Notes: a model not told the origin generated them from the letters alone. 56,799 bases of DNA from Candidatus Kaiserbacteria bacterium RIFCSPHIGHO2_02_FULL_49_34 (GCA_001781205.1 MFLE01000018.1:1-56799), one strand, 5' to 3'. Positions 15,946 through 26,062 are shown, counted from the stretch's first letter. Translations and numbers: made by a program.

Positions 15946-18900
15946 ATGAACGTGATGCGCCTCTTTAAAATATGTGTTCTCGTACTCACGTTTTTTCTCG
16001 TGCCGCCCTCAGTGCAGGCAGCAGTACAATATATCGGTTCAACATCGGGAGGTAACTCCGCGGCAATGCCGGCTGGAGTACAGGTTGGCGATATTCTTAT
16101 CGGTGTTGGTTATCGTGGACAAAACGCAACTCCTGTGGGAGTTCCTTCAGGATGGACAGCAATCGATCCAAGCAGTGGCAGTAGCAACAACTCATCACGT
16201 ATTGGATTTCGGTATGTGACCAATGTAAACGATTCGCTCGGTAACTGGGCAAGTGCAAATAGAGTTATTATTGTCGCCTATCGTGGTGTGCGCAGTGACT
16301 ACAGCGAGAGTAATCTTCCAAATTTCGGAGGGGTATGGACAGGAACGAATGCAACCCTTGCATTTCCATCCTTGTCACTCACTGGTACCACAAACACCTC
16401 GCACATCCTCTGGTTTGGAGGCAGGCGTGGTTCGACAACATTCTCAGTTCCTGGGTGGACACGTAGTGGGACGATTCGTAATCAATCAGCGGCGAGCAAC
16501 GGTTCAGTTGTTGCTCTCGATACCAATGGTGTCACAAATGACGGTTCATCGATTTTTACAACCACCAATGCATCAAACGCCTATCGTACCTATGCGATTG
16601 AAGTTGAAAGTGACGGTATTATTCCTCCACCGACCGTCACTATCACATCGCCCGTAGCAACCCTTGCACTCAATGCAACAACAACAGTAACGTGGTCATC
16701 AACCGATGCAGATTCGTGTACTGCGTCAGACGGTTGGAGCGGAATAAAAGCAACCTCGGGAACTGAAGTAACATCACCAATTATAAAAAGCACACTCTTT
16801 GTCATTACGTGTGAGAACGCACAAGGTTTTGCGACTGCAGAAGTGCGTGTTACTCCAGGTATTAATGTAGACAATGTGCTTAATACGAACGAAGGTTTCC
16901 AGGTGTATGCGTTTAATCCTGATGGTAGCCCTTCGACTATCGCACGAAGGACGACAGCACCAGAAGGGTACGGTGTTACTGGCGCGGTACGTGGTGCAGA
17001 CATTGAAATCGGTAATGCAGGAACTGGTTCAGAACTTTTGCGGATTATTTTTGACAATCCCGCAACGAGCACACAAATCCAGATAGCATGGTCGCAAAAC
17101 ACCGACCCCGCTGCTTATGCGCTCTATGATGCTGCAGGAAATCTTGTCGCCACAGGTCAAATCCCTTCAAGTGCGTCTGATCAAATTGAGGAGCCGGTAA
17201 CCATTAACTCGGGTGGTCTCGCCTATTCACGTATTGATTTCACCGCTAATGATAACCGAGATTACCTCATTCATAGTGTTCTTTTACCGAACGGGCTTAC
17301 CGTTGGGACCTCGCCGCTAGTAACGTCGATGGCGGCAGTCGGTACGAACGCAACACGTGAATATGTTGTGAGTGATACTGATGGACTCATCCAGCTCATA
17401 GGCACTGACTTTGACGCAACCGCAGGCAGTGTGGTGTTCTCCGGTACATGGGGAAGTGCAACAGGAACACTTCATACTACGGCAGAAGGTTCGTGTGCAG
17501 TTGGCGGCTGGACTGATACCTCAGTCTGCTCTGAAGTGCCAACAAGCATTCCTGATGATGTGTATTCCGTCACGGTCACGCTCGTGCGTGATGATGGAAA
17601 AACAGCAACCGCACCAACACTTGCGATTCTTCCTCGTATTACCAGTACGTCTCCGGGAAGTGTTGCTGCAGGCGATACCTTCACGATAAGCGGTGATCAC
17701 CTCTGTCAATCAGGTATCTGCCCAACATCATTCGACGGTGCGAATACGATTACTATTGGTGGTGTTGAGACAACACTTGTCTCATGGTCGCATACGGAGA
17801 TTGTCGTCACAGTGCCATCAGGACTTTCTGCTGGTACTCATAGTGTGGCTGTTACCACAGGTGGCATTAGCGTGAGTGCAGGCGCGGTTATCTTCGTACC
17901 GCCACCAACCGTCATCCTCACTGCCGCAACAACAACAGTTGCGGTCGGAACGGCGACAACACTTTCATGGTCGTCAACCGATACTGCTTCATGTACCGCA
18001 TCAGGCGGCTGGAGCGGCTCTAAGCCAGTCAATGGCTTAGAGTCAACAGGTGCAATCAATGGCGTTACAACATTTACGCTTACTTGTACAAACATCGCAG
18101 GCACAGCAACATCATCAGTAACCATCAGTACTGTTTCTGCAGCATCAGTTACTCTTTCGGCATCACCGACATCTGTACCGCTTAATGGAACTTCAACACT
18201 TTCGTGGACGTCATCCGACGCAACAAGCTGTGCGGCTTCTGGCGGTTGGAGTGGTACGAAGTCGACAAATGGTACTGAAGCAACCAGTGCGCTTGCGACA
18301 ACAACACTCTTTGTCCTTGAATGTTCGAATCTTGCAGGCACAACGACCGCAACAACATCAGTGACAGTAGTGGAGCCACCAATCCTCAGCGGTACAAATG
18401 GCGGCTACGTAAACACAACTAACAATGCTCTTATCGATGGCGGACGTATTGGGGACAGCATTACTATTTCAGGCGCAAACTTTGGCACACAATGCGATGT
18501 GAATAATTTCATCGCCATTGGCAACTATACGGTGCCATGTTCGAGCGTGACGAATTGGACTGATACTGAGATTGTCTTCACCATTCCTGCAGGCATTACC
18601 AACTTCGGAGGAATAGATTCTCTAGGACTGACTGTTACCGCAAGTGGACAAAACTCAGAGTCAGTCACCTTTATTATCTATCCAGATATAACCGCTGTCG
18701 CCGCAGAAGGTACCAACACGGGTAAAGAGGGAAGTTACATCCAGCTCATCGGTACCGCATTTGGTGCAAGTGAAGGTACTGTCACGTTCTCAGGTTCATG
18801 GGGTACGACAACTGCTGTTGTCAGCAGTACGGCACAAGGCTCGTGTACTAGTGGTGGTTGGACAAATACGTCCGTTTGTGTGCAAGTTCCGGCAAGTGTC

Positions 18901-20427
18901 CCTGATGATGTCTATAGTGCAACCATCACACTTACCCGTACAGATAGCAAAGAAGATACTGCACCAACATTTACGCTACTGCCACACATAACTGCGACCG
19001 CACCAAGTTCGGGGGTGGCTGGCGATACCATTACGATAAGCGGTGACCACCTCTGTCAATCAGGTATCTGCCCAACAGCATTCGATGGTGCGAATACGAT
19101 TACTATTGGTGGTGTAACCGCGGAATTTGTCTCATGGTCTCACACGGGCATTGTTGTACTAATTCCCCCAGGAGTTCCAACTGGTTCAAATACTATTGTG
19201 GTCACAACGGGGGGCATATCAGTGGCTGCTGGCACAGTGACAATACTTACAACAGAACCAAATGCACCAAGTCTCGGACCAAGCGCAACCACGGGACAGT
19301 TCAGCGGAGGTACATCTATCAGTATTGGGGGTGCAACGGCCTCAAGCACGATTACCTTCGCCGCAGCAATGAGTGCGCAAATCTCCGCATCGCTCACACT
19401 TGAAGTTGAAGTAAAACCAGTCGGCAGTGCATTCGATGGTATAAATACGAATACAAGCAGTGTGGTAAATTATACGGGTACTACCATTATCGGTAGCGTC
19501 ACGGAAGTTCTCGATACAAACATGTCATATCACTGGCGAGCTCGAGTACGCAACACAAGCACAAACGAAGTCTCCGTGTGGGTCGCTTTCGGTAGTAACC
19601 CAGCTGGTGATGGCTCTGGCGATGGGCTTCCGGCAAATGCAGACTTCACCATCGCAACAGACGGTCCAGAACTCGGAGGAGTAGGTACTGCACCAAACTG
19701 TAGTGCGCACGACCTCGTCAAAGACACGTCCGCGCGTATTTCATGGACAGCATCCTCAATCCTGACACCAATTCAAAACAAAGTCCGTGTTGCAACCTCG
19801 TCAAATATGGCAAACTTCCTTGAATACCAAGCCTCGAACGGCACTTCGCCACAAGTGACCCTCACAGGACTTACTGCAGAAACCGCATACTTCTACCAGG
19901 TCATCTCACAAGATTCACTTGGTACTGAAAGTATTGCACAAGAAAATGATCCGCACTGCACCTTCATTACTGAAGAAGCATCAAAGCGTATCAACAAGCT
20001 TTCAGAATTCTATATCTGTCAGATGCACGAGCAGGATGAGGTCTGGACAGGCGGCTCAGGTGTCACTTGTGCGTCAGAGCAGGACGGCGCAAAAACATTC
20101 AACGTCTTCGTATCAGAGATGATTGCTTCAAAACCAGTCGTGCAAACTTCCGCATTTGTCGAAGTCTTCGGTATTGCCGAGGCATCGACCGACTTCACGG
20201 TCACGGTCAACGTAAATAACCTCGGCCCTAAAACCATCACCGTGAAAAATCCACAAGGTTCAATTCCGTACCGCGTTCTCTACCACCTACCAGATGGCTA
20301 CAACCTTGATTTCCCAGCAGACATCAGCGCCTCGAACCTTCTTGACGTGCAAATAAATGGGGCGGATGCGGTCTCCTCGATGGGGGCGAAGGCAATTCTC
20401 AACTATTATTACTTCCCCACCTACTAG
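15946..20427 (+). CDS. Large secreted/surface protein with IPT/TIG, Ig-like and FN3-like repeats
   Basis: Signal peptide ending VQA; three TLSWSSTDxxSCTASGGWSG Ig-like repeats; IPT motifs ITISG...SWSHTEI; LTGLTAETAYFYQV FN3-like motif; Ser/Thr/Gly rich. Confidence 0.85.
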   Translation: MNVMRLFKICVLVLTFFLVPPSVQAAVQYIGSTSGGNSAAMPAGVQVGDILIGVGYRGQNATPVGVPSGWTAIDPSSGSSNNSSRIGFRYVTNVNDSLGNWASANRVIIVAYRGVRSDYSESNLPNFGGVWTGTNATLAFPSLSLTGTTNTSHILWFGGRRGSTTFSVPGWTRSGTIRNQSAASNGSVVALDTNGVTNDGSSIFTTTNASNAYRTYAIEVESDGIIPPPTVTITSPVATLALNATTTVTWSSTDADSCTASDGWSGIKATSGTEVTSPIIKSTLFVITCENAQGFATAEVRVTPGINVDNVLNTNEGFQVYAFNPDGSPSTIARRTTAPEGYGVTGAVRGADIEIGNAGTGSELLRIIFDNPATSTQIQIAWSQNTDPAAYALYDAAGNLVATGQIPSSASDQIEEPVTINSGGLAYSRIDFTANDNRDYLIHSVLLPNGLTVGTSPLVTSMAAVGTNATREYVVSDTDGLIQLIGTDFDATAGSVVFSGTWGSATGTLHTTAEGSCAVGGWTDTSVCSEVPTSIPDDVYSVTVTLVRDDGKTATAPTLAILPRITSTSPGSVAAGDTFTISGDHLCQSGICPTSFDGANTITIGGVETTLVSWSHTEIVVTVPSGLSAGTHSVAVTTGGISVSAGAVIFVPPPTVILTAATTTVAVGTATTLSWSSTDTASCTASGGWSGSKPVNGLESTGAINGVTTFTLTCTNIAGTATSSVTISTVSAASVTLSASPTSVPLNGTSTLSWTSSDATSCAASGGWSGTKSTNGTEATSALATTTLFVLECSNLAGTTTATTSVTVVEPPILSGTNGGYVNTTNNALIDGGRIGDSITISGANFGTQCDVNNFIAIGNYTVPCSSVTNWTDTEIVFTIPAGITNFGGIDSLGLTVTASGQNSESVTFIIYPDITAVAAEGTNTGKEGSYIQLIGTAFGASEGTVTFSGSWGTTTAVVSSTAQGSCTSGGWTNTSVCVQVPASVPDDVYSATITLTRTDSKEDTAPTFTLLPHITATAPSSGVAGDTITISGDHLCQSGICPTAFDGANTITIGGVTAEFVSWSHTGIVVLIPPGVPTGSNTIVVTTGGISVAAGTVTILTTEPNAPSLGPSATTGQFSGGTSISIGGATASSTITFAAAMSAQISASLTLEVEVKPVGSAFDGINTNTSSVVNYTGTTIIGSVTEVLDTNMSYHWRARVRNTSTNEVSVWVAFGSNPAGDGSGDGLPANADFTIATDGPELGGVGTAPNCSAHDLVKDTSARISWTASSILTPIQNKVRVATSSNMANFLEYQASNGTSPQVTLTGLTAETAYFYQVISQDSLGTESIAQENDPHCTFITEEASKRINKLSEFYICQMHEQDEVWTGGSGVTCASEQDGAKTFNVFVSEMIASKPVVQTSAFVEVFGIAEASTDFTVTVNVNNLGPKTITVKNPQGSIPYRVLYHLPDGYNLDFPADISASNLLDVQINGADAVSSMGAKAILNYYYFPTY

Positions 20428-20604
20428 AGCAACTTCCATAATTGACACATTTGCCCTGGCTTCGGAACATTTCAACCTCCATCGTATGTTATATATGCCT
20501 ACGGCTGAAAAGTTCCTCCAACCAGGGCAACTGTATTCAATTCTGAAAGTCGCCAGAACGTGAGACGAGGTATTGGAGTTTGATTAAGAATTAATGTTAA
20601 TAGT

Positions 20605-21192
20605 ATGAAAAAAGAAGCATCAAAAATTACGTATGAGTCGGTCGACCCGAAGAAAGGTGGGTCCTTTACAGTGCCGTGGGTTATTGCAGCAATCTTTGCA
20701 CTTGGTGTGTTAGGGTATGCGGTGTGGCAATATGGTCCCGTTTCGGAAGATTTGTATGAAGAGCCACAGGTCTTGTTGGAAGCGAGTTTGAGCGCATATG
20801 ATGCAGCGCTTCTTGTTGCAACAAAAGCGGCACAGTCATGGCAATCTAATGCAGTTGTTGCGTCGTTTGAACCACTTGAAGAGAGCAATGCACGCGGTGA
20901 TGCGCGCGGCTGGCGTTTTGTCTTTACCAGCACATCAAAGCGCGGCACAGGGTATGTGGTCGATGTTAAAAATGGCGTCGTAGTTTCCCACCAAGAAGGT
21001 GCAGTAGGCAGTGTTGGTACAATACTTCCACAGAATGCAAAAACGATTGACGAAGCAATCGCTGAAGTCCACGCTATGCCTGGGCGCGAAAACGCAATCA
21101 TTGAAGGCGTTGAAGCTCTCGTTACCGAAGGTGTGTGGTATTGGGGGGTAAGAACCGACAAGGGGACGATCTCAATTAAGATGGAGAAGTAA
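20605..21192 (+). CDS. Hypothetical membrane-anchored protein
   Basis: One N-terminal TM helix followed by a globular domain. Confidence 0.7.
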   Translation: MKKEASKITYESVDPKKGGSFTVPWVIAAIFALGVLGYAVWQYGPVSEDLYEEPQVLLEASLSAYDAALLVATKAAQSWQSNAVVASFEPLEESNARGDARGWRFVFTSTSKRGTGYVVDVKNGVVVSHQEGAVGSVGTILPQNAKTIDEAIAEVHAMPGRENAIIEGVEALVTEGVWYWGVRTDKGTISIKMEK

Positions 21193-21203
21193 CCTTTGAT
21201 TAT

Positions 21204-21283
21204 GTAGTGGTTAAAATTGATTTTAACCACTACTATATTTAAAACACTACCCCCTCATTTTGTCATCCTGACGGGATCCAGAG
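21204..21283. repeat. 30-bp palindrome plus REP-like repeat
   Basis: GTAGTGGTTAAAATTGATTTTAACCACTAC (21204-21233) and TTTGTCATCCTGACGGGATCCAGAG (21259-21283); both also present in 391-500. Confidence 0.75.
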
Positions 21284-21291
21284 TCATATCT

Positions 21292-22221
21292 ATGAACACG
21301 AAGATTCTATTCACTATAATTTTTACAATCATCCTCGCAGGAGGCGTAACTGTTTTTGCGCAACTTGCTCCCGAAGAGGTGCAGCCGACAGAGTTTCAAA
21401 ACCGTACTACGCGTTCGTTCATTTATCAAGCAGAGGGGATACATATTGCACCCGAAGAGATCCATGCACCGTTTGTCTACTCTATCAGCGAGACATCACC
21501 CTCAGTCCAAAGTGCGTTCATTCAAATTACAGGTATCGCCTATCCTGCGGCAGGAACATCGACATCAGGGGTAACTATCTCGATTGATGATGAAACGTTC
21601 ACGACAGAGCGTGCCGAATTTTTCCGCACAAATGCCACACCGAAAGGCCGTTCATTTACACTCTTATATGACGCAAGTGCGTATTTTGCAGGGCAAATCA
21701 CCGCACCAGGTGACTATACCTTTGTATGGGATGCGCTATTGCAAAACGTCGAGTATGGCTCACTTGCCGTTGAGCTCATAACAACATATCAATACGAACC
21801 AATCAATCCTCTCATGCCAATATGGGGCACTCTCGATTCGGGCGTCTTCGATACACAGACTCCTGTTGGTGCCGGATACAATGCGCTTATGTGGCGCGGG
21901 ACGCTTGGTGGACCAACATTTGATCAAGGGCGTGTGCAGCTCCAGCTTGCTACCTCTCACTGCGAAAATGGCGCAAGTAATGCACCAGCATGTGATGATG
22001 GTGCTCCATGGGAGTTCCGTGGAGGCGCGCTCTGCTCAGCAGATGCCTGGTTTGAAGTGGATGCAGACAAACCACTTGACCTCCATGCAACAGGGTGTCT
22101 TCCGCAGTGGAATGACAAACGCTACTATCGCTACCGCGTAAAAATTTGTTCGGTGGAATGCGAGACAGCGGGGCTGTATACGCCAACCGTCGAAGAGGTA
22201 ATAGTCAATTGGTCTCCCTAA
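21292..22221 (+). CDS. Hypothetical secreted protein
   Basis: Signal peptide MNTKILF...VFA; Cys-containing C-terminal domain with RYYRYRV. Confidence 0.75.
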   Translation: MNTKILFTIIFTIILAGGVTVFAQLAPEEVQPTEFQNRTTRSFIYQAEGIHIAPEEIHAPFVYSISETSPSVQSAFIQITGIAYPAAGTSTSGVTISIDDETFTTERAEFFRTNATPKGRSFTLLYDASAYFAGQITAPGDYTFVWDALLQNVEYGSLAVELITTYQYEPINPLMPIWGTLDSGVFDTQTPVGAGYNALMWRGTLGGPTFDQGRVQLQLATSHCENGASNAPACDDGAPWEFRGGALCSADAWFEVDADKPLDLHATGCLPQWNDKRYYRYRVKICSVECETAGLYTPTVEEVIVNWSP

Positions 22222-22425
22222 TTCTCCAAAACTGGCGCATATGCATTCGCTTCAGTCAGTCGCTCCTCATCTTTCAAACGAGCGAGCAAATGAAAGTCGG
22301 AGTGTTAGGGGAGATTTTCATTTGGAAACGAGAGCAGAAAGAAGCGAAGCGTCTCAAGTACTTAGGTACGGTTCCTTCACTTCTTTCTTCCAGCAAACGC
22401 ATCTGCATCCAGTTTTGAAGAATTA
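22219..22425. mobile_element. MITE-like palindromic element with nested structured repeat (copy 2 at 22269-22353)
   Basis: Terminal inverted repeats TAATTCTCCAAAACTGG/CCAGTTTTGAAGAATTA; contains GTACTTAGGTACGG shared with 8585-8598 and the 10583-10672 repeat. Confidence 0.65.
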
Positions 22426-22447
22426 GATTGCTTAAAACACCGTAAAG

Positions 22448-23317
22448 TTAGCCTCGGCGCAACATTCCACTTGCGCTCGCGATCTCACCCATAAGTTCCA
22501 TTCGCATCAAGAGCGTATTTGCAGCACCGACGTTTAGTTGGTGCTTTTCTTGGAGAGTACGTATGACACTGTCAGATGATGTTGGTTCACGAAGGAGGTG
22601 GAGTACAGTAGCTTCAGGTGTGCCTTCAGGATAACTTACGGCAACCACGTTCTCTTCAGTTCGTAGAGGCAAGTGGAGCGCATGAATGATATCAACCGCG
22701 CTCGTCACAGGTATTGCGCCAAGTTTTAAGAACTGATGCACGCCAGCGGTGTTTTCAGAGAAAATGTTGCCCGGTACTACAAGTAAATCTTTATTGTATT
22801 CATGCGCAAGGCGAGCAGTAATAAGCGTGCCGGAGCGCTGTTTTGCTTCAATGAGAAGCACTGCGTCTGCAATGCCTGCAATGATACGATTGCGAGCAGG
22901 GAACATCCATGGCATCGATTTCTCTTCAGGTGCAAACTCACTCATAATCATGCCATCTTCACGTAAAATCCTCGCCGCAAGATGACGATTACTGCGCGGA
23001 TACAAAACACTGTCTGCAATACCGCTCCCGGGGATTGCAATCGTATGTAGTCCCGCATCAAGCGCGGCTTCATGCGCTAGTCCATCAATACCAAGCGCCA
23101 GTCCTGACACAATTGAAATAGGATACCCGCGTAATCCTTTGATTAAATGCTGCACACACTGCTTCCCATAATTCGTATAATCCCGACTCCCGACCACCGC
23201 AAGGAACCGTAATCCGGTAGGTGCCGCAGCACCGCGCATAAAAAGTTCTTTCGGCACATCTGGAATCTCCTGCAGTGCAGGGAAGTTCGATGGCGCATAC
23301 TCATGAATAGGATACAT
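22448..23317 (-). CDS. dprA: DNA-protecting protein DprA/Smf
   Basis: AVVGSR, IVSGLALGIDGLAH, FPARNRIIAG, SGTLITA motifs. Confidence 0.95.
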   Translation of the reverse strand: MYPIHEYAPSNFPALQEIPDVPKELFMRGAAAPTGLRFLAVVGSRDYTNYGKQCVQHLIKGLRGYPISIVSGLALGIDGLAHEAALDAGLHTIAIPGSGIADSVLYPRSNRHLAARILREDGMIMSEFAPEEKSMPWMFPARNRIIAGIADAVLLIEAKQRSGTLITARLAHEYNKDLLVVPGNIFSENTAGVHQFLKLGAIPVTSAVDIIHALHLPLRTEENVVAVSYPEGTPEATVLHLLREPTSSDSVIRTLQEKHQLNVGAANTLLMRMELMGEIASASGMLRRG

Positions 23318-23356
23318 CCCCTGATTGTACGCAGAATACTAAAAACTCAAAATGAA

Positions 23357-23385
23357 TTGACAATTTGATATAATTATGGTACATT
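23357..23385 (+). promoter_or_regulatory. Putative sigma70 promoter of the GT2 operon
   Basis: TTGACA-17 nt-TACATT with TG extension. Confidence 0.55.
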
Positions 23386-23434
23386 ATTGCCAATCTGAAC
23401 GTTCCCCTTTGCTCTTTGACAAAAGGATATTCTC

Positions 23435-24469
23435 ATGAACTCACATCGCATCTGCTGCATCGTTCCTGCAAAGGACGAAGCAGTGGTAATCGCTGCAACA
23501 CTGACGAGTCTCCTCGAGGCTGGCATGCATCCGCATGACATCTACCTCGTTGATGATTTTTCGTCTGACGGCACGGGTGACATCGGGCGCGAGCTTGGTG
23601 TGACCGTACTGCGGAACGAGCCGAATCTAGGCAAGGCACATGCAATCGCACGCGCCGTTGACCACTTCGAACTCGATACACGCTATGAATTCATCGCACT
23701 TATGGATGCCGACACACGCGTCAACGATGTCTACTTTGCAGAAATGCTCAGTGGTTTCGCTGACGAGAAGGTTGTTGTTACGTGCGGACGGCCGAAAAGC
23801 CGTCCGTTCAACTGGCTTACCGCGTATCGTGCATACAGCTACGGCTACACGCATATGGTGTACCGCAAAGGGCAGAGCAACATGGGTGTCATTAACGTGG
23901 CGCCTGGTTGCTCGACGGTGTACCGGGCGACAATCTGGCGAGAGCTTGATTGGAGCAAGGATACCATTGTGGAGGATATGGATGTCACCATCCAAATCCA
24001 CAAGAAAAAGCTCGGCGTGATTCGCTATGTACCAAGAGCAATCGTGCACACACAAGACCCGCAAACTATCCCTGACTATACGAAGCAGATGCTTCGTTGG
24101 AATACGGGTACGTGGCAGGTTGTGAAAAAGCATAAGCTATATCGCCTACGGGACAAAATCGATTGGGAGTGTATGTTTCTCTATGGAGAGGGCGTACTAT
24201 TCTCGATGATGTATCTCATCATGCCACTCTTGATGCTGCTGGATTACCGGTTCGCTTTTGCGGCAGTCATTGATGTGGTCTTTGCGCTCATGTTTGCGGC
24301 TGCGGTCGCGACTATGGAAAAGCGCAAGGATATCATTATGTACGCACTTGCGTTCCCATTCATCCGCATCTTCGATGCGTCGTGTTTCGTTCGCGGTTTC
24401 TGGAAAGTTATCATTCGCCGTCAGGCGATGACGAGCTGGTTCACTCCTAAGCGCTATGCGCAGAAATAA
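23435..24469 (+). CDS. Processive family 2 glycosyltransferase (PgaC/IcaA/YaiP-like)
   Basis: VDDFSSDGT, GKAHA, MDADT, VEDMD and QMLRW (QxxRW) motifs; C-terminal TM helices. Confidence 0.9.
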   Translation: MNSHRICCIVPAKDEAVVIAATLTSLLEAGMHPHDIYLVDDFSSDGTGDIGRELGVTVLRNEPNLGKAHAIARAVDHFELDTRYEFIALMDADTRVNDVYFAEMLSGFADEKVVVTCGRPKSRPFNWLTAYRAYSYGYTHMVYRKGQSNMGVINVAPGCSTVYRATIWRELDWSKDTIVEDMDVTIQIHKKKLGVIRYVPRAIVHTQDPQTIPDYTKQMLRWNTGTWQVVKKHKLYRLRDKIDWECMFLYGEGVLFSMMYLIMPLLMLLDYRFAFAAVIDVVFALMFAAAVATMEKRKDIIMYALAFPFIRIFDASCFVRGFWKVIIRRQAMTSWFTPKRYAQK

Positions 24470-25245
24470 TGAGGAGCACTGTGATAATGAAAAACCTTCT
24501 GAAACTTATGTTTGCTGTAATTGCCACTATTGCTGTAACTGGATGTATCGAAAAACAAAAGGTGACTGAAAAAGCTGTTTCGCAAGAACCCCGCCAAGCA
24601 GTGATCACCTTCACCTTTGATGATGCACCAAAATCTGTTGCGACGCATGCATTTTCGCTCCTACGCGACAACGACATGCTTGCAACCGTCTACCTTTCCA
24701 CGAAATTTATGGATGAGTCCGGCTACGTGTCGTGGGCTGATGTAAAGGCCTTCGATTCTCGTGGTTGGGAAATTGGTGCACATACCCATACACATGCAAA
24801 CCTTACCGCAATACCAGAAGTGGGTATTATGCAGGAGCTGGAAACGTCTACCAAGATGTTCAAGGATCGCGGTTATGCCCCAACATCGTTTGCGGCACCA
24901 CTGGGTGAACTAAATCCTATCGGGAAGAAAATCATTCAGCAGTTCTACGCGTCACAACGTGACGCGTGGGGTAACGGCGGTATGAACGCACTTCCTGTCC
25001 AGGACGTGTATCATATCAAGTCGTTGCCACTTACTGACAAGATGACCATGGCGGATATCAATGCCACACTGGATCGTCTTGAACAAGAAGGTGGTTGGCT
25101 CGTGCTGCAATTCCATGATGTAGGACCTGTCTCGACTGGTCCGTGGTCGACAACCCTCCTTTCGGAGATTGTCGCTGAAGTAAAACGTCGTAACATTCCT
25201 GTCGCAACGATTTCCGAAGTTCTCAAACACCACTCTGTTCAATAA
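24469..25245 (+). CDS. Polysaccharide deacetylase (CE4/NodB-like) lipoprotein
   Basis: Lipobox IAVTGC; TFDDA, HTHTH, QFHD motifs; start may be 24487. Confidence 0.88.
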   Translation: MRSTVIMKNLLKLMFAVIATIAVTGCIEKQKVTEKAVSQEPRQAVITFTFDDAPKSVATHAFSLLRDNDMLATVYLSTKFMDESGYVSWADVKAFDSRGWEIGAHTHTHANLTAIPEVGIMQELETSTKMFKDRGYAPTSFAAPLGELNPIGKKIIQQFYASQRDAWGNGGMNALPVQDVYHIKSLPLTDKMTMADINATLDRLEQEGGWLVLQFHDVGPVSTGPWSTTLLSEIVAEVKRRNIPVATISEVLKHHSVQ

Positions 25246-25263
25246 CTCGTAAGGAGCTTTCCT

Positions 25264-26022
25264 ATGAAAACTATTTCGTTCGCTACACTTGCTGCTGTCT
25301 CCCTCATTGCTACCGCCGTTCATGCTGGCGAACCTGTCAACAAGTACCCCGGTTCGTCCTGGGGAAGTGTTGGTAATACGTCGCCGAGTGAGAAGGACAA
25401 CTTCATCGCAACGATCCATGCTGAACAAGGTATGGTCGTGGCGAATGGTGATGACTGGAACTTGGCTCCGTTCGTTACAGGCACGGTCACAGTCGACAGC
25501 AAAGGCTACGACTGGAACAACAAGGCTGTCCTTCGTGGCGGCGTCAAACTCGAGCACACGGTACCGCATGGTATTGTTGCGCTGCGGACTGGCGTTGCGT
25601 ACGAAGACCGTTTCCGTTCGGGCGAAAGCGACTCGTCACTGTTCGTCTCGGCGGAGCACTGGCTCGGCTGGGGCTACGGCACACACTTCCCGGGTTCGAC
25701 CTGGGGTCAGCTCGGCTATGGCATGTCGCCTGCGGAGAAAGATAATATTTCTCTCATGGTGCATGCCGAACAGGGGTTGTTCGCAACAAAGTTCGACTCA
25801 GGTCGTCTGGTGCCGTTCGTCGATGCGACCATTTCGCGCGATACGAAAGGCTACAACTGGAACAACAAAAACCAGTTCGGTGCCGGTGTGAAGTATTCAA
25901 TCCCCATGACTGATAACGGCGTCTTCGATGTCGGCATCAAGTACACGCGCGAAACCATGACTAAGTCCGGTGCTTCGGCATCGAATGTTGGCGTGTTCGC
26001 AACCTATTGGTTCGGTTGGTAA
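25264..26022 (+). CDS. Secreted protein with outer-membrane beta-barrel features and two homologous halves
   Basis: Signal peptide ending VHA; alternating aromatic/Gly strands; C-terminal aromatic residue (ATYWFGW); 115-aa internal duplication. Confidence 0.7.
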   Translation: MKTISFATLAAVSLIATAVHAGEPVNKYPGSSWGSVGNTSPSEKDNFIATIHAEQGMVVANGDDWNLAPFVTGTVTVDSKGYDWNNKAVLRGGVKLEHTVPHGIVALRTGVAYEDRFRSGESDSSLFVSAEHWLGWGYGTHFPGSTWGQLGYGMSPAEKDNISLMVHAEQGLFATKFDSGRLVPFVDATISRDTKGYNWNNKNQFGAGVKYSIPMTDNGVFDVGIKYTRETMTKSGASASNVGVFATYWFGW

Positions 26023-26062
26023 GTTTCTTCTTTCATCTTCTCTTTTCAAAAGGAGTTTTCCT

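Noticed and set aside
17683-19115. Diversity-generating retroelement TR/VR pair suggested by near-identical repeats
   Set aside because: Both copies are in frame within one gene, differences are not adenine-specific, and no reverse transcriptase is present in the window
25289-25891. 200-aa alternate-frame ORF and other long shadow ORFs (e.g. 24952-25569, 26180-26785, 20499-21230, 50253-50906, 51365-51997)
   Set aside because: They overlap better-supported genes, lack motifs and are expected by-products of codon bias
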